Below are positions 13,634 to 26,416 of a stretch of 64,000 nt of DNA, in pieces. Every line of letters begins with the position of its first letter. The stretch's first letter is position 1. The notes below the pieces were generated by a model. The model worked only from the letters and a program-made list of their open reading frames with translations, searched no databases and was not told where the DNA came from. The stretch is from the human T2T-CHM13v2.0 reference genome, Homo sapiens. The stretch lies in NCBI RefSeq assembly GCF_009914755.1, contig NC_060933.1. One strand, 5' to 3'. Made by a program: the position numbers and the translations under genes.

Positions 13634-14864
13634 TTACCTTTAGTATTAAAACATGCCTTCACTTCTGTCTCTTTCTGTGTTCAGTGAGTTTTTTTGAAGA
13701 CATTGAGCAAGTCTTATTCATACCTGCATTTCTAATGCCTGATGTACATGGCACTGAGTAGACGTCTCTATGGGACCCAGCCTGAGGCTCTTAATTTGTC
13801 GCGTTGCATTGGTTTGCAAAGCATTATATCAATTTAAATTGTTATAAGCAATGTGCAAATGAACCAATTTCATGATAACCTCACCAAGGTTGAGTATTGT
13901 TAGTCTTAAATTTGATGGCTGTAAAATGCTCTACATTGTTTTGATTGCATTTTTATAGATATTGGGATTAAACATTTTCCCATGTGACTTGCTGATTAAT
14001 TGCATCTCTTCTTGTATGGATTACATGTTCCTGCCCTTACCTTTGCATTATAACCTACAGCCTCATGTCAGTTTCCTGACTTAAAAATATCAACACCGAA
14101 GTAGGCTCTTCCAGACATGAGTTGGCTTGAATATGGCTGTGTGATTTTGAAATAGTTACATCCCTCTGTGGGCTTCAGTTTCCTTTCTTTAAAATAATAG
14201 GTTACTTTACTTAGCTCCTGGCTGGAATCACTTGGTAGCCTTTAAAAAAACACAGACTCCTGGGCTTAACTCTACTGACTTGGTCTCTCTATGATTTTTC
14301 TAAGGCCCCTAGGTGACTCTGGTGCAGCCACTTCAGCCAGGTTCATAGCCTGACTTTGGGAGCCATGGGCCTCCCAGCTCTGTGGTCTGTGTAGTTCTGT
14401 GTGGCCTGGGTATGTGGCGCCTGCAGAAAAGAAGAAAGGAGGAATCTGTGGCTGTGTTCTAAGACCCAAGGCCCCACGTGGAATGAAGAGCATTCTTATT
14501 CTGTGTGGCTCCAGAGGGAGACCAGCATGAAAAGGTGGCTTTTGGCTCTGCAAATTTGGAAACTTGCCAAAGACTCACATGACCCTACACAGAGACAGGA
14601 AGCCTTGGGGGCTGTGGGGAGAGTCAGCATAGTGTTGCACAGAAAGGGCTTGGCCCTGGTGCTCCCACAGAGCAAACCCTTTGTAAATGAATGCAGTGTT
14701 CACACACTCAGGCCTGGCAGATCGATGTCTTGGCCCCGCTCTCTGCTAGCTGTGTGACTTCAGGCAAGTCTTGGTTACTTCATCTGCAAAATGGGGATAA
14801 TAGTAGTTCCTGTCTCATTGAGATATTTGTTTTTAATTACAGCTTTATTTACATATTTGAACAT

Positions 14865-15029
14865 TTATTTTATTTATTGTTTGAGACAGGGTCTTACTCT
14901 GTTGCCCAGGCTGGAATGCAGTGGTACAATCACAGCTCACTGTAATCTTAAACTTCTGGTCTTAAGTGGTCCTCCACCCTCGGCCTTCCAAAGTGTTGGG
15001 ATTACAGGCATGAGCCACCACACCTGGCC
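14865..15029 (-). mobile_element. Alu monomer (FRAM/AluJ-like) abutting an L1M 3' end, within a MIR
   Basis: Single-arm Alu; followed by L1MB-type GATACAATTCACATACCACACAATTCACCCATTTAAAGTGTACA; MIR halves at ~14720-14815 and ~15140-15230. Confidence 0.85.
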
Positions 15030-17325
15030 TTAACAGCTTTCCTGAGATACAATTCACATACCACACAATTCACCCATTTAAAGTGTACAGTTCAGTGGTT
15101 TTTAGTGTGTTCACAGAGTTGTTCCACCGCCATATCACAGACTTATTTTGAAGATAAAACGAGACCATGCAGGAGAAACATTTAGCACAGTGTCAGAGGC
15201 ATAGTGTGAGTAATGAATGCCAGATATTATTGTCCTTGATAGATTCCTTATCCTTGGTGAGGTTTGAGAGTTTTTGGAGTGACAATTTCATAGGGCTATT
15301 GCGGGGGACACTTGGATATTAGGGAGAGAGAAATAGGGCCCAACTGAGCGAGCTCCCAGGTCTCTTCTACCTTGTGGGGCAGGACATCTACAACAATAAT
15401 TATTAATATACACATGTGTGCAAATCATGTAAAATTCCTTAATCCTCACATTAGCTCTGGGAGCTTAGTTTTTATCCTCATTTGTCCCCATTCCTCAAAG
15501 GTGAAAACTGAGGCTTACAGAGGCTGTGGCTTTTCCAAGATCAAAATTCCATGATCTCTTTATATAGCACAGATAAACACGTCTATTTGCCACCTACTTT
15601 TGCTTGGTTTTGGACATCATTTAAGTTGCAAGTTTTCAGAAAGGATAAGATCCAGGTGGAAAAATTCCAAGAAGTACAGAAATTGACTTTAAGTTTATCT
15701 GATGAACGGTAGCCAGCAGCTCCCCTCTCTCTGCACTTTCTCCTTTCTTACTTCTCCTTTGATTTTCTCTTGCATGCTACAGGTCAAGGAGAGACAGCAG
15801 ACAAGGACAACAGGCAAGAGGGGGCTCTTTAATGAGGGTAGGGTATGATGGGTCTGGGAAAGTCAGGAGGTAGCATTCCAAACCCACTGTGTGCTTGAAC
15901 CCTACGGGGTGCATTTGGTTTAAAATCCCAGTGCAAAATTGTATGGTATGCAAATTATATCTTGAGAGAGTCCCTGCCCACCTAGTTTTCCCCAAGTGGG
16001 TTTGAGTCAGTCGCAGCCCATCCTGGGCTACTTTCCTCTTTCTCAACTTCCAGCTGAATGTACTGATGCCACTCTACAGGTGTCCCCTTGTTCCTGTCCC
16101 ATCCCCATCCCCATGGAGGCTGGGAGGGGGCGTCTACTACAGGTACCTTTCTTCTCCCCAGGGAAGGAGACTCAGTTTCATCAGCCTCCTTGTTAAAGAA
16201 GGAAAGACAGATGCAGCCCTGGCTGCTGGGACCTTCTACTGTGACCTGAGACATGCCCCCGCTCCCCCATGTATTAGGACGCTCTCTTTAGACAGAGGTT
16301 TTACTATTCCTGAGTCTCAACAAAACTCGATGAGTCCTAGCCCCTGTAATTAGTCCATCTCTGTTCCCTCTTCTAACTTCCTGTTCCGGTGGTGCCTTGT
16401 TTGTAAGGCTGGCTTCCCATGCCCCAGCTTCAGTCTCTTTGGTCAGACCCCCAAATGCTAACTGTGACCCCTCTCCTGGCTGAGCACTATCTATTTTTGT
16501 TTATGTTTAAATCCCCAGGATCTAGCTTTATGCCTGGCACACAATAGGAGTTAATATTTATTGAACAAATAAATTATAAGCATTCAAGGGAAATTAGCAT
16601 TGCAGGAATGGGTGGCAATCAGTTATTTGTTTTCAAGTCAGGATGATTTTTAAAGTTTTTATTGTTTATTTTCACCCAAACCTAACCTGCTAAAGAAACA
16701 TATGACTGATTTTCTTAGATTTTACAAGGTGCCAGAGGACTTAATTTGACATACAGAAACTCTTCAAATTTCTGAACGTTACCCCGGATGCTCTTGCTAT
16801 ATCATCCCACATCCTGTTCGGATTTCTGCTGTTTAGATTTGATGTGTCTTCCCATCCCACATGGGGATAAATGGCTTTTTAACAATTCTGTAATAAAATG
16901 ACTTCAGCCATCTTTGCTATTTAAAACCTGTATCTATCCAGATATTTATTTATAAGCACATCCCCTTATATGGTTTGAAGGGATTCAGATACTCTTTGGA
17001 GGTTTTCAAATCTAAGACTTCACTTTTCAAAAATCAAATTTTGTGGTTTTTTCTCTGTGGGGAGACCAACCACTTTAGTAATAAAATAAAGGGGAATAAC
17101 AATGGCCAGGCATACATGGAATGTGAGGCAGGCTTGATAAGGCGCCAGGGGGTGTGGAAGTGTTCCTCCAGGTTTCTCTTGTGGCTGCTTGTTCTTGGCC
17201 CATCAGGAGGAAAGCCCCAGAAGCCCCATTCCAGAAAATTGGCTCGTTCTCCAGAGCACCTTCAGTTGCCACGGTGGAGCTGCATCTGTTGGCTCTGGAT
17301 TTTAACACATTCATTGCCTGGCCTC

Positions 17326-17721
17326 TGTTACAGATTGAACTGTGTTTCCTCCCCCACCAAATTCACATGTTGAAGCCCAACCTCCCAAGGTGACTATATT
17401 TGGAGATAGGGCTTTTATGGAGGTAGTTAAGGTTAAATGAGGTCATAAGACTGGGGCTCTAACCCAATAGGACTGTTGTCCTTATAAAAAGAGGAAGAGA
17501 TGTCAGCGCACTCTCTCCACACGTGCAGAGAGGAGAGGCCATGCCAGGACACAGGAAGAAGACAGCTGTCTTTCTCTTCATCAAGAAGACACACTTTGCC
17601 AGACAGTGAATTTGCTGGCACCTTGATCATGAACTTCTAGCCTCCAGGACATGAGAAAATCAGTGGCTGCTGTATAAGGCAGGGTGGTGTTCTATTATGG
17701 TAGCCCAAGTACACTAATACA
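17326..17721 (+). mobile_element. MLT1 (A0/B-like) MaLR solo LTR
   Basis: TGTTACAGATTGAACTGTG...ACTAATACA; TSD G(C/G)CTC. Confidence 0.85.
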
Positions 17722-17770
17722 GGCTCCAAATGGGTTTTCTTTTTCTATTCCTTCTTCTCCCCAGGGACAG

Positions 17771-18213
17771 TGTATTTGTTTCTTAGGGCTGCCATAAGAA
17801 ATGACTATACACTTGGTGGCTGAAAACAGCAGATGTTTATTCTTTCAGAGTTCCAGAGGCTAGAAGTCCAAAATCAAGATGTTAAAAGGGTCACACTCCC
17901 TCCAAAGCCTCTAGCAAGAACACTTCCTTGCCTCTTCCCACTTCTGGTGGCACCAGTTATTCCTTGCCTTGTGACAGCACCACCTCGAGTTGTGCCTCTG
18001 TCATCACATGGCCTTCTCTCTCTGTGTCCTTTTCTGTCGCTTATAAGAACACTTGTCTTTGGATTTAGGGCCCACCCAGGTAATCTAGATGAGTTCATAT
18101 CAAGATCTTTAATTACATCCGCAAAGACGCTTTTTCCAAAAAAGGTCACATTTACCCACTAAGGGGCTTAGGATGTGGATGTAAGTTTTGGGATCCCACC
18201 AATCAACCTACTA
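17771..18213 (-). mobile_element. MLT1C-like MaLR solo LTR
   Basis: TGTATTTGTTTCTTAGGGCTGCCATAA...; GAGGCTAGAAGTCCAAAATCAAG; TSD-like GA(C/T)AG. Confidence 0.85.
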
Positions 18214-18519
18214 GATAGGCTATTTTATGTAACACAAGTGATGTCCAACATATGTACATTGTTTGGTAATTGTGCCCTTTCATCAAGCATGAACTCATAT
18301 GATCTAGACAAATGCTGGGAGTGGTAGCTCTTATTATGTCCATTCTACAGAGGAGGAAAGGAAGTTAAGTGACTTGGTCAAGGCCACACAGTGAACAAAT
18401 TATGTGGCTACATTTTAATCCAAGGTTTCCTGTCTCCAAATTCCATGTTCTTCTTACTCTGCCCTAGTGGCTCTCAATTTACGTTGATGAAATGAAGATG
18501 ATGGTGTTAAGAAGAGTAG

Positions 18520-19160
18520 CTATGAGCCTGTATTAAATGCTTACTCTGGGCCTGGCCCTGTGCCAAGAGTTGTGTTTATGCTATTTCACTTAATCCTCAC
18601 CACAACTCTAAAAGGTAGATGCTATTATAATATCCATTTTATATGTAAAGAAACTGAGGCACAGAGAGTTGAAGTTAGCTGTCTAAGGTCCCCAGATGAC
18701 AAATAGCAGAGGTAGGATTTGAACACACATATTTTGAAATCAAAGCACAAAGTCTTAATCTATTTTGGCTGCTTCCTTGAAAGAATAATGTAGTACCTTG
18801 ACATTTGCAAGTACCTGTGGAATTAAAATCCAAATAGCATACACACGAATGGGCCAGGCTTTGGAGTCAAGCCTGCACTGTATTCTACCTGCCTTTTGGG
18901 TCCAGAGGGGAAACACAACAGAAAGAGCATGGATTCTGGAGCCAGCCTGTGTCTAGGTTTGAATACTTGTTCTACCAATTCCTATCTATGTGACACTGAG
19001 CAAGGCTATTTTCTTCAGTTAACTAGGAGTGATACTGCTAGTACCTACTTCATAGGTGGTTCTGTGGATTTAATGAGTTTACGTTAGCATTTGCAAAGCT
19101 TTTAGAACAGTGTCTGGCACATGGTAATGGCTATATAAGTGTTCGATTTAAAAAATAAAC
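18520..19160. mobile_element. Two MIRs in opposite orientation (~18520-18770 minus; ~18920-19160 plus)
   Basis: CCATTTTATATGTAAAGAAACTGAGGCACAGAGAG, and AGAGCATGGATTCTGGAGCCAGCC...TAGAACAGTGTCTGGCAC. Confidence 0.75.
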
Positions 19161-20596
19161 CCCAAAATCTTCTTAGAGTCTCAAGGTAGGGGTTAGACAT
19201 ACCTTAGGTAACTTGTGTGAACATTAAATGCAAACATCCCGAACATAATGCCTGATTCAATGTTATAGACAACAAACGGCTATGGTTATTATGGTATATG
19301 GGGAGTCAAAGGGTACCTTGATCTCCTTCCCAGCCCTTCTTTGGAAAGAACATTACAGCTCCAGACTCCAGGAGTGGAGGCCCTCAGCTTCACACCCCAC
19401 TTGGCACAGACAGGCAGAGTTGTCTTGGGTGATTTTAAGGGAAGCAATTTTGCCTCCCTTTAAATCCAGAGTTGCCAATTTTGCATCATCAATATTCCTG
19501 TACAGGAATGTAGTTTACTGGCATGAAACAATTATCTTCACACTTAAAAACAGGGGTGAGTGGTTGATAGCCACGATCTTACCCCAGTTTTCCTGGAGTA
19601 TTAGCCTAGAAGCCTCATGACTGACAATAAAGAGATTCTGGTAGTGTAGGGAAGCAAAAGTGAAGTTTAGTGCCAGCAGTCTAGGCTTCCTGGGGAAGGG
19701 TCTTCAGAGAAAAGTTACTTTTCAAAGACTGTTTGTATTATGTCACGAAGAAAGAAAAGTGGATGTTAGGCTGGGATGATTGGATCTTCTAATCGACTTT
19801 TCTCTACTTTGTTTTTTCCTCTTCTACTTTCCCATATCTTAACCTGGATCATCAACCAGCTGCTAGCAGGTCTTATGCAGATTACATGAAATGATACCAC
19901 TTAAAATTTGTATAGGTCTACAACTTATAGATCCTTTCAACTTACCTAATTTCATTTAATTCTCATAATTACTCAACCTGATTCCCATTTTACAGATGAG
20001 AAAATTGAGGACCAGAGAATTTTTAAGTCCCAGCACATAAGCTAGGTAGCTGGAGAATCAGGATCACAGCTCAGATTTATTAAATCCAGTTTTTGTGTAG
20101 TGTCTTGGCAGTTCTGGAAGGAGACAAAGCCAGAGATATAACCTTCCTTCTTTTCTTTGGAAACTGTTCCTTCTCTTCCTGTCAATTCTCCTATCCTGCA
20201 GGCACAGAAGACCTGAAGGGGTATGACACCTAAGCTAGCTCTCTTCAGCCAGATTTTCTCTAACCCCCTCCCCACAAATGCTAAGCAAATGTTGCACAAA
20301 GACTTCTGCAGAGGACACTGTGCCTGAGATGATTCCCTAGAGTGTGTTTGTACCTTATGCATCCCTGGGATCCTCAGTCTGGAATGGAGCCTCCCTCCCT
20401 CACCTCCAGAGGAGTAAAGCTATGCCCTCTTATCTTTCAGCTGTGCACTGACTGTTCTCCCACCAAAAGGCTCTGAGCTTTGTGAGGGCAAGACTGGGCA
20501 CTGGTGAAGTGCTTAGCAGATGGGTGTTTCCCAAAGTTGAGTTGTATTGTGGATTCTTTCCAGTTCTGGCCTGTTTATTTTTCTGGATTGAAGGAG

Positions 20597-20757
20597 TAGG
20601 GCTGGCTTCATGGGATGCCATCTGTGTCATTGCATGGGGCTCTGCCCTTAGAAAGTCCCTGAGCATGGCTTCATGCTCTGTTGTTACTTTCTTGACAACA
20701 GAGAAATTCTTAATAATCTTTGAATAAGGGGTCTTGCAAATCATGTAGTTGTCCTTG
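20597..20757 (+). mobile_element. MER45A-like hAT-Tip100 element
   Basis: AGGGCTGGCTTCATGGG...GAAATTCTTAATAATCTTTGAATAAGGGG...GCAAATCATGTAG; 8-bp TSD-like TGAAGGAG/GAAAGGAG. Confidence 0.75.
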
Positions 20758-21320
20758 GAAAGGAGGCTTGTTTATCTTCAGGTCTTCCAACCAAAAGCGC
20801 CATGAGCTTCAAAGACCTGACTTGTACTTTGGGTGGTGTACATTTAAACAGATGTACAGAAGTTAGCATTTTTTATTTGGTCAATCTTTTCTTTATCATT
20901 TGTGTCCCTGGTCCTGTGATTAGGAAGTTTTCTTCTGCCTCTCCAATATGGTATATCTGCCTTTTTTTTTTTCTTTTTTAAATATTTTATTTTAAGTTCT
21001 GGGATACATATGCAGGATGTACAGGTTTGTTACATATGTACATATGTGCCATGGTGGTTTGCTGCACCTATGAACCCCTCACCTAGGTATTAAGCCCACC
21101 ATCCATTAACTATTTATTCTGATGCTCTCCCCCACCACCCCTGTGCCCTCCCAACAGGCCCAAGTGTGTGTTGTTCCCCTCCCTGTGTCCATGTGTTCTC
21201 ATTGTTCAGCTCCCACTTACAAGTGAGAACATGCCATGTTTGGCTTTCTGTTCCTGTGTTAGTTTGCTGAGGATGATGGCTTCCAGCTCCAAACACGTCC
21301 CTGCAAAGGACATGATTTTG

Positions 21321-21632
<312 letters not shown>

Positions 21633-22925
21633 TTATGGATGCATAGTATTCCATGGTGTATATGTACCACATTTTCCTTATTCAGTCTATCACTGATGGG
21701 CATTTCAGTTCATTCCATGTCTTTGCTATTGTGAATAGTGCTTCAATGAACATACATGTGCATGTATCTTTATAATAGAATGATTTATATTCCTTCGGGT
21801 ATATACCCAGTAATGGGATTGCAGGGTCAAATGGTATTTCTGGTTCTAGGTATTTGAGGAATTGCCACAGTGTCTTCCACAATGGTTGAACTAGTTTACA
21901 TTCTCACCAACGGTGTAAAAGTGTTCCTATTTCTCCACAGCCCCACCAGCATCTGTTGTTCCTTGATTTTTAATAATCACCATTCTGGCTGGTATGAGAT
22001 AGTATCTCACTGTGGTTTTGATTTACATTTCTCTGATGATCAGTGATGTTGAGCATTTTTTCATTTGTTTGTTGGCCACATAAACATCTTCTTTTGAGAA
22101 GTGTCTGTTCATGTCCTTTGCCCACATTTTGATGGGGTTTTTGTTATTTTTCTTGTAAATTTGTTGAAGTTTCTTGTAGATTCTGAATATTAGACCTTCG
22201 TCAGATGGATAGATTGAAAAAATTATCTCCCATTCTATAGGCTGTCTGTTCACTCTGATGATAGTTTATTTTGCTGTGCACAAGCTCTTTAGTTTAATTA
22301 GATCCCATTTGTCAATTTTTGCTTTTGTTGCAATTGCTTTTGATGTTTTCATCAAGAAATCTTTGCCCATGCCTATGTCCTGAATGGTATTGCCTAGATT
22401 TTCTTCTAGGATTTTTATAGTTTTGGGTTTTACATTTAAGTCATTAATACATCTTGAGTTAATTTTTGTATAAGGTGTAAAGGCATAAGGAAGGGGTCCA
22501 GTTTCAATTTTCTGGATATGGCCACACAGTTCTTTCAGCACCATTTACTAAATGGGCAATCCTTTCCCTATTGCTTGTTTTTGTCAAGTTTGCTGAAGAT
22601 CAGATGGTTTTAGATGTGCAGTCTTATTTCTGAGATCTCTATAATGTTTCATTGGTTTATGTGTCTATTTTTGTACCAGTACCATGCTATTTTGGTTACT
22701 GTAGCCTTGTAGTATAGTTTGATGTCAGGTAGCATGATGCCTCCAGCTTTTTTCTTTTTGCTTATAATTGTCTTAGTTATATGGGCTCTTTTTTGGTTCC
22801 ATATGAGTTTTAAATTAATTTTTTCACTAATTCTGTGAGGAATGTCAGTGGTAGTTTAATGGGAATAGCATTGAATCTATAAATTACTTTGGGTTGTATG
22901 GTCATTTTCATGTTATTGATTCTTC

Positions 22926-23732
22926 CTATTCATGAGCATGAAATGTTTTTCCAATTGTGTTCTGTCTGATTTCCTTGAATAGTGGTTTGTAGTTCTCCTT
23001 GAAGAGGTCCTTCACTTCCCTTGTTAGCTGTATTCCTGGGTATTTTATTCTCTTTGTAGCAATTGTGAATGAGAGTTCATTCACGATTTGGCTGTCTGCT
23101 TGTGTATTGTTGGTGTATAGGAATGCTTGTGATTTTCGCACATTGATTTTGTATCCTGAGACTTTGCTGAAGTTGCTTATCAGCTCAAGAAGCTTTTGGG
23201 CTGAGACAATGGGGTTTTCTAGATATAGGATCATGTCATCTGTAAACAGAGACAGTTTGACTTCCTCTCTTCCTATTTGAATACCTTTTATTTCTTTTTC
23301 TTTCCTGATTGCCCTGGCCAGAACTTCTAATACTATGTTGAATAGGAGTGGTGAGAGAGGGCATCCTTGTCTTGTGCCAGTTTTCAAGGGGAATGCTTCT
23401 AGCTTTTGCCCATTCAGTACGATGTTGGCAGTGGGTTTGTTATAAATGGCTCTTATTATTTTGAGGTATGTTTCATCGATACCTAGTTTATTGAGAGTTT
23501 TTAACATGAAGGGATGTTGAATTTTATCAAAGGCCTTTTCTGCATCTATTAAGAGAATTATGTGGGTTCTGTCTTTAGTTCTGTTTATGTGATGAATTAC
23601 ATTTATGGATTTGCATATGTTGAACCAGCCTTGCATCCTGGGGATGAAGCTGACTTGATTGTGGTGGATAAGCTTTTGGATGTGCTGCTGGATTTGGTTT
23701 GCCAGTATTTTTATTGAGGATTTTTGTATCAA
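22926..23732 (-). pseudogene. L1 ORF2 reverse-transcriptase domain remnant (268-aa open stretch)
   Basis: [35 protein letters not shown] and [10 protein letters not shown] (consensus FADD); flanking frames broken. Confidence 0.95.
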
Positions 23733-24243
23733 TGTTCATCAGGAATATTGGTCTGAAGTTTTCTCTTTTTGTTTTATCTCTGCCAGGTTTTGGTATCAGG
23801 ATTATGCTGGCCTGATAAAATGAGTTAGCGAGGAGTCCCTTCTTTTCAATTGTTGGAATAGTTTCAGAAGAAATGGTACTAGCTCCTCTTTGTACCTCTG
23901 GGAGAATTCAGTTTTAAATCTGTCTGGTCCTAGGCTTTTTTTGGTTGGTAGGCTATAAATTACTGCCTCAAATCAGAGCTTGTTACTGGTCTAATCAGGG
24001 ATTTAACTTGTTCTTGATTCAGTCTTGGGAGGGTGTATATGTCCAGGAATTTATCCATTTCGTCTAGATTTTCTAGTTTATTCACATAGAGCTATTTGTG
24101 GTATTCTCTGATGATTGTCTTTCTGTGAGGTCAGTTTTTATTGTGTCTTTTTGATTCTTCTGTCTTTTTTTAGTCTAACTAGTGGTCTATTTTATTAATT
24201 TTTTCAAAAATCCAGCTCCTGGATTCATTGAATTTTTTTGAAG

Positions 24244-24245
<2 letters not shown>

Positions 24246-24283
<38 letters not shown>
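24246..24283. repeat. (GT)n microsatellite inside L1 ORF2
   Basis: About 19 GT units; translates as the HTHTHT run in ORF 24225..24581. Confidence 0.95.
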
Positions 24284-24284
<1 letters not shown>

Positions 24285-26152
24285 TGTGTCTATCTCCTTC
24301 AGTTCTGCTCTGATCTTGGTTATTTCTTGCCTTCTGGCTTTGGGGTTTGCTTGCTCTTGGTTCTCTGGTTTCTTTAGTTGTGATGTTAGGGTGCTGATTT
24401 GAGTTATTTCTAGCTTTCTCATGTGGGCATTTAGTGCTATAAATTTCTCTCTTAACACCGCTTTAGCTGCATCCCAGAGATTCTGATACATTGTCTTTGT
24501 TCTCATTGGTTTCAAGGAGATTTTGATTTCTCCCTTAATTTCATTATTTACCCAGGAGTCATTCAGGAGCAGATTCTTCAATTTCTATGTAGTTGTGCAG
24601 TTTTGAGTGAGTTTCTTAATCTTGATTTCTAATTTAATTGCACTGTGGTCTGAGAGACTGTTATGATTTCAGTTGTTTTACATTTGCTAAGGAGTGTTTT
24701 ACTTCCAATTATGTGATTGATTTTAGAATAAGTGTCGTGTAGCGCTGAGAAGAATGTATATTCTGTTGTATTTTGGGTGGAGAGTTCTGTGGCTATCTAT
24801 CAGGTCTGCTTGATCCAGAGGTGAGTTCAAGTCCTGAATATCTTTGTTAATTTTCTGTCTCAGTGATCTGTCTAATATTGACAGTGGGGTGTTGAAGTCT
24901 CTCACTATTATTGCGTGAGGGTCTAAGTCACTTTGTAAGTCTCAGATAACTTGTTTTATGAATCTGGGTGCTCCTGTATTGGGTGCATATACATTTAGGA
25001 TAGTTAGCTCTTCTTGTTGAATTGAACTCTTTACCAATATGTAATACCCTTTGTCTTTCTAGATCTTTGTTAGTTTTAAAGTCTATTTTGTCCATAACTA
25101 GGATTGCAACTTCTGCTTTTTTCTGCTTTCCATTTGCTTGGTAAATTTTCCTCCATCCCTTTATTTTGAGCCTTTGTGTGTCTTTGCACATGAGGTTGGT
25201 CTCTTAAATACAGCACACCAATGGGTCTTGGCTCTTTATCCAGCTTGCCATTCTGCATCTTTTAATTGGGGCGTTTAGTCCATTTACATTTAAGATTATT
25301 ATGGTTATGTGTGAATTTGATCCTGTCATCATGATGCTAGCTGGTTATTTTTCACTTGTTGATGTAGTTGCTTCATGGTGTCATTGGTCTTTGTACTTTA
25401 GTGTGTTTTTGTGGTGGCTGGTAACGGTTTTTCCTTTCCATATTTAGTGCTTCCTTCAGGAGCTCTTGCAAGGCAGAGCCTGGTGGTGATTTCCCTCAGC
25501 ATTTGCTTTTCTGAAAAGGATTTTATTTCTCCTTTGCTTATGAAGCTTAGTTTGGCCAGATTCAAAATTCTAGGTTGGAAATTCTTTTCTTTAAGAATGT
25601 CGAATATTGGCCCCCAATCTCTTCAGGCTTGTAAGGTTTCTGCTAAGAGGCCTGCTGTTAGTCTGATGGGCTTCCCTTTGTAGGTGACCTGTCCTTTCTC
25701 TCTAGCTGCCCTTAACATTTTTTTCCCTTCATTTCAACCTTGGAGAATCTGATGATTATGTGTCTTGGGGTTCATCTTCTCATGGAGTATCTTACTGGGG
25801 TTCTCTGGATTTCCTGAATTTGAATGTTGGCCTGTCTTGCTAGGTTGGGGAAGTTCTCCTGGATATCCTGAAGTATGTTTTCAAACTTGGTTCCGTTTTC
25901 CCCATCTCTTTCAGGTACCCCAGTCAGTCATAGGTTTGGTCTTTTTACATAATCCCATAGTTCTTGGGGTTTCTTCATTCCTTTTTATTCTTTTTTCTCT
26001 ATTTTTATCTGCCTGTCTTATTTCAGCAAGATAGTCTTCAAGCTCTGAAATTCTTTCCTCCATTTGGTCTGTTCAGCTATTGATACTTGTGGTTGCATTA
26101 TGAAGTTCTTATGTTGTATTTTTCAGCTCCATCAGGTCATTTATGTTCTTCT

Positions 26153-26416
26153 CTAAACTGGTGTTCTGGTTAACCGCTCCTGTAATGTTTTATGATGGTT
26201 CTTAGCTTCTTTGCATTGGGTTAGAACATGCTCCTTTAGCTCAGTGAAGTTCATTACTGCCCACCTTCTGAAGCATACTTCTGTCAGTTCATTCATCTCA
26301 GCCTCAGCCCAGTTCTGTGCAGTTGCTGGAGAGGTATTGTCGTCATCTGGAAGGGAAGAAGCACTCTGACTTTCTGAGTTTTCAGAATTTTTTTGTTGAT
26401 TCTTTCTCATCCTCAT
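26153..26416 (-). pseudogene. L1 ORF1p N-terminal remnant
   Basis: MRKNQQKNSENSESQSASS...NFTELKEHVLTQCKEAKN resembles older L1PA ORF1p. Confidence 0.85.

Noticed and set aside
22926-23732. 268-aa reverse-transcriptase ORF as a novel RT system or domesticated gene
   Set aside because: It is a collinear fragment of a frameshifted L1 ORF2 with no independent start context; such open stretches are common in L1PA copies.
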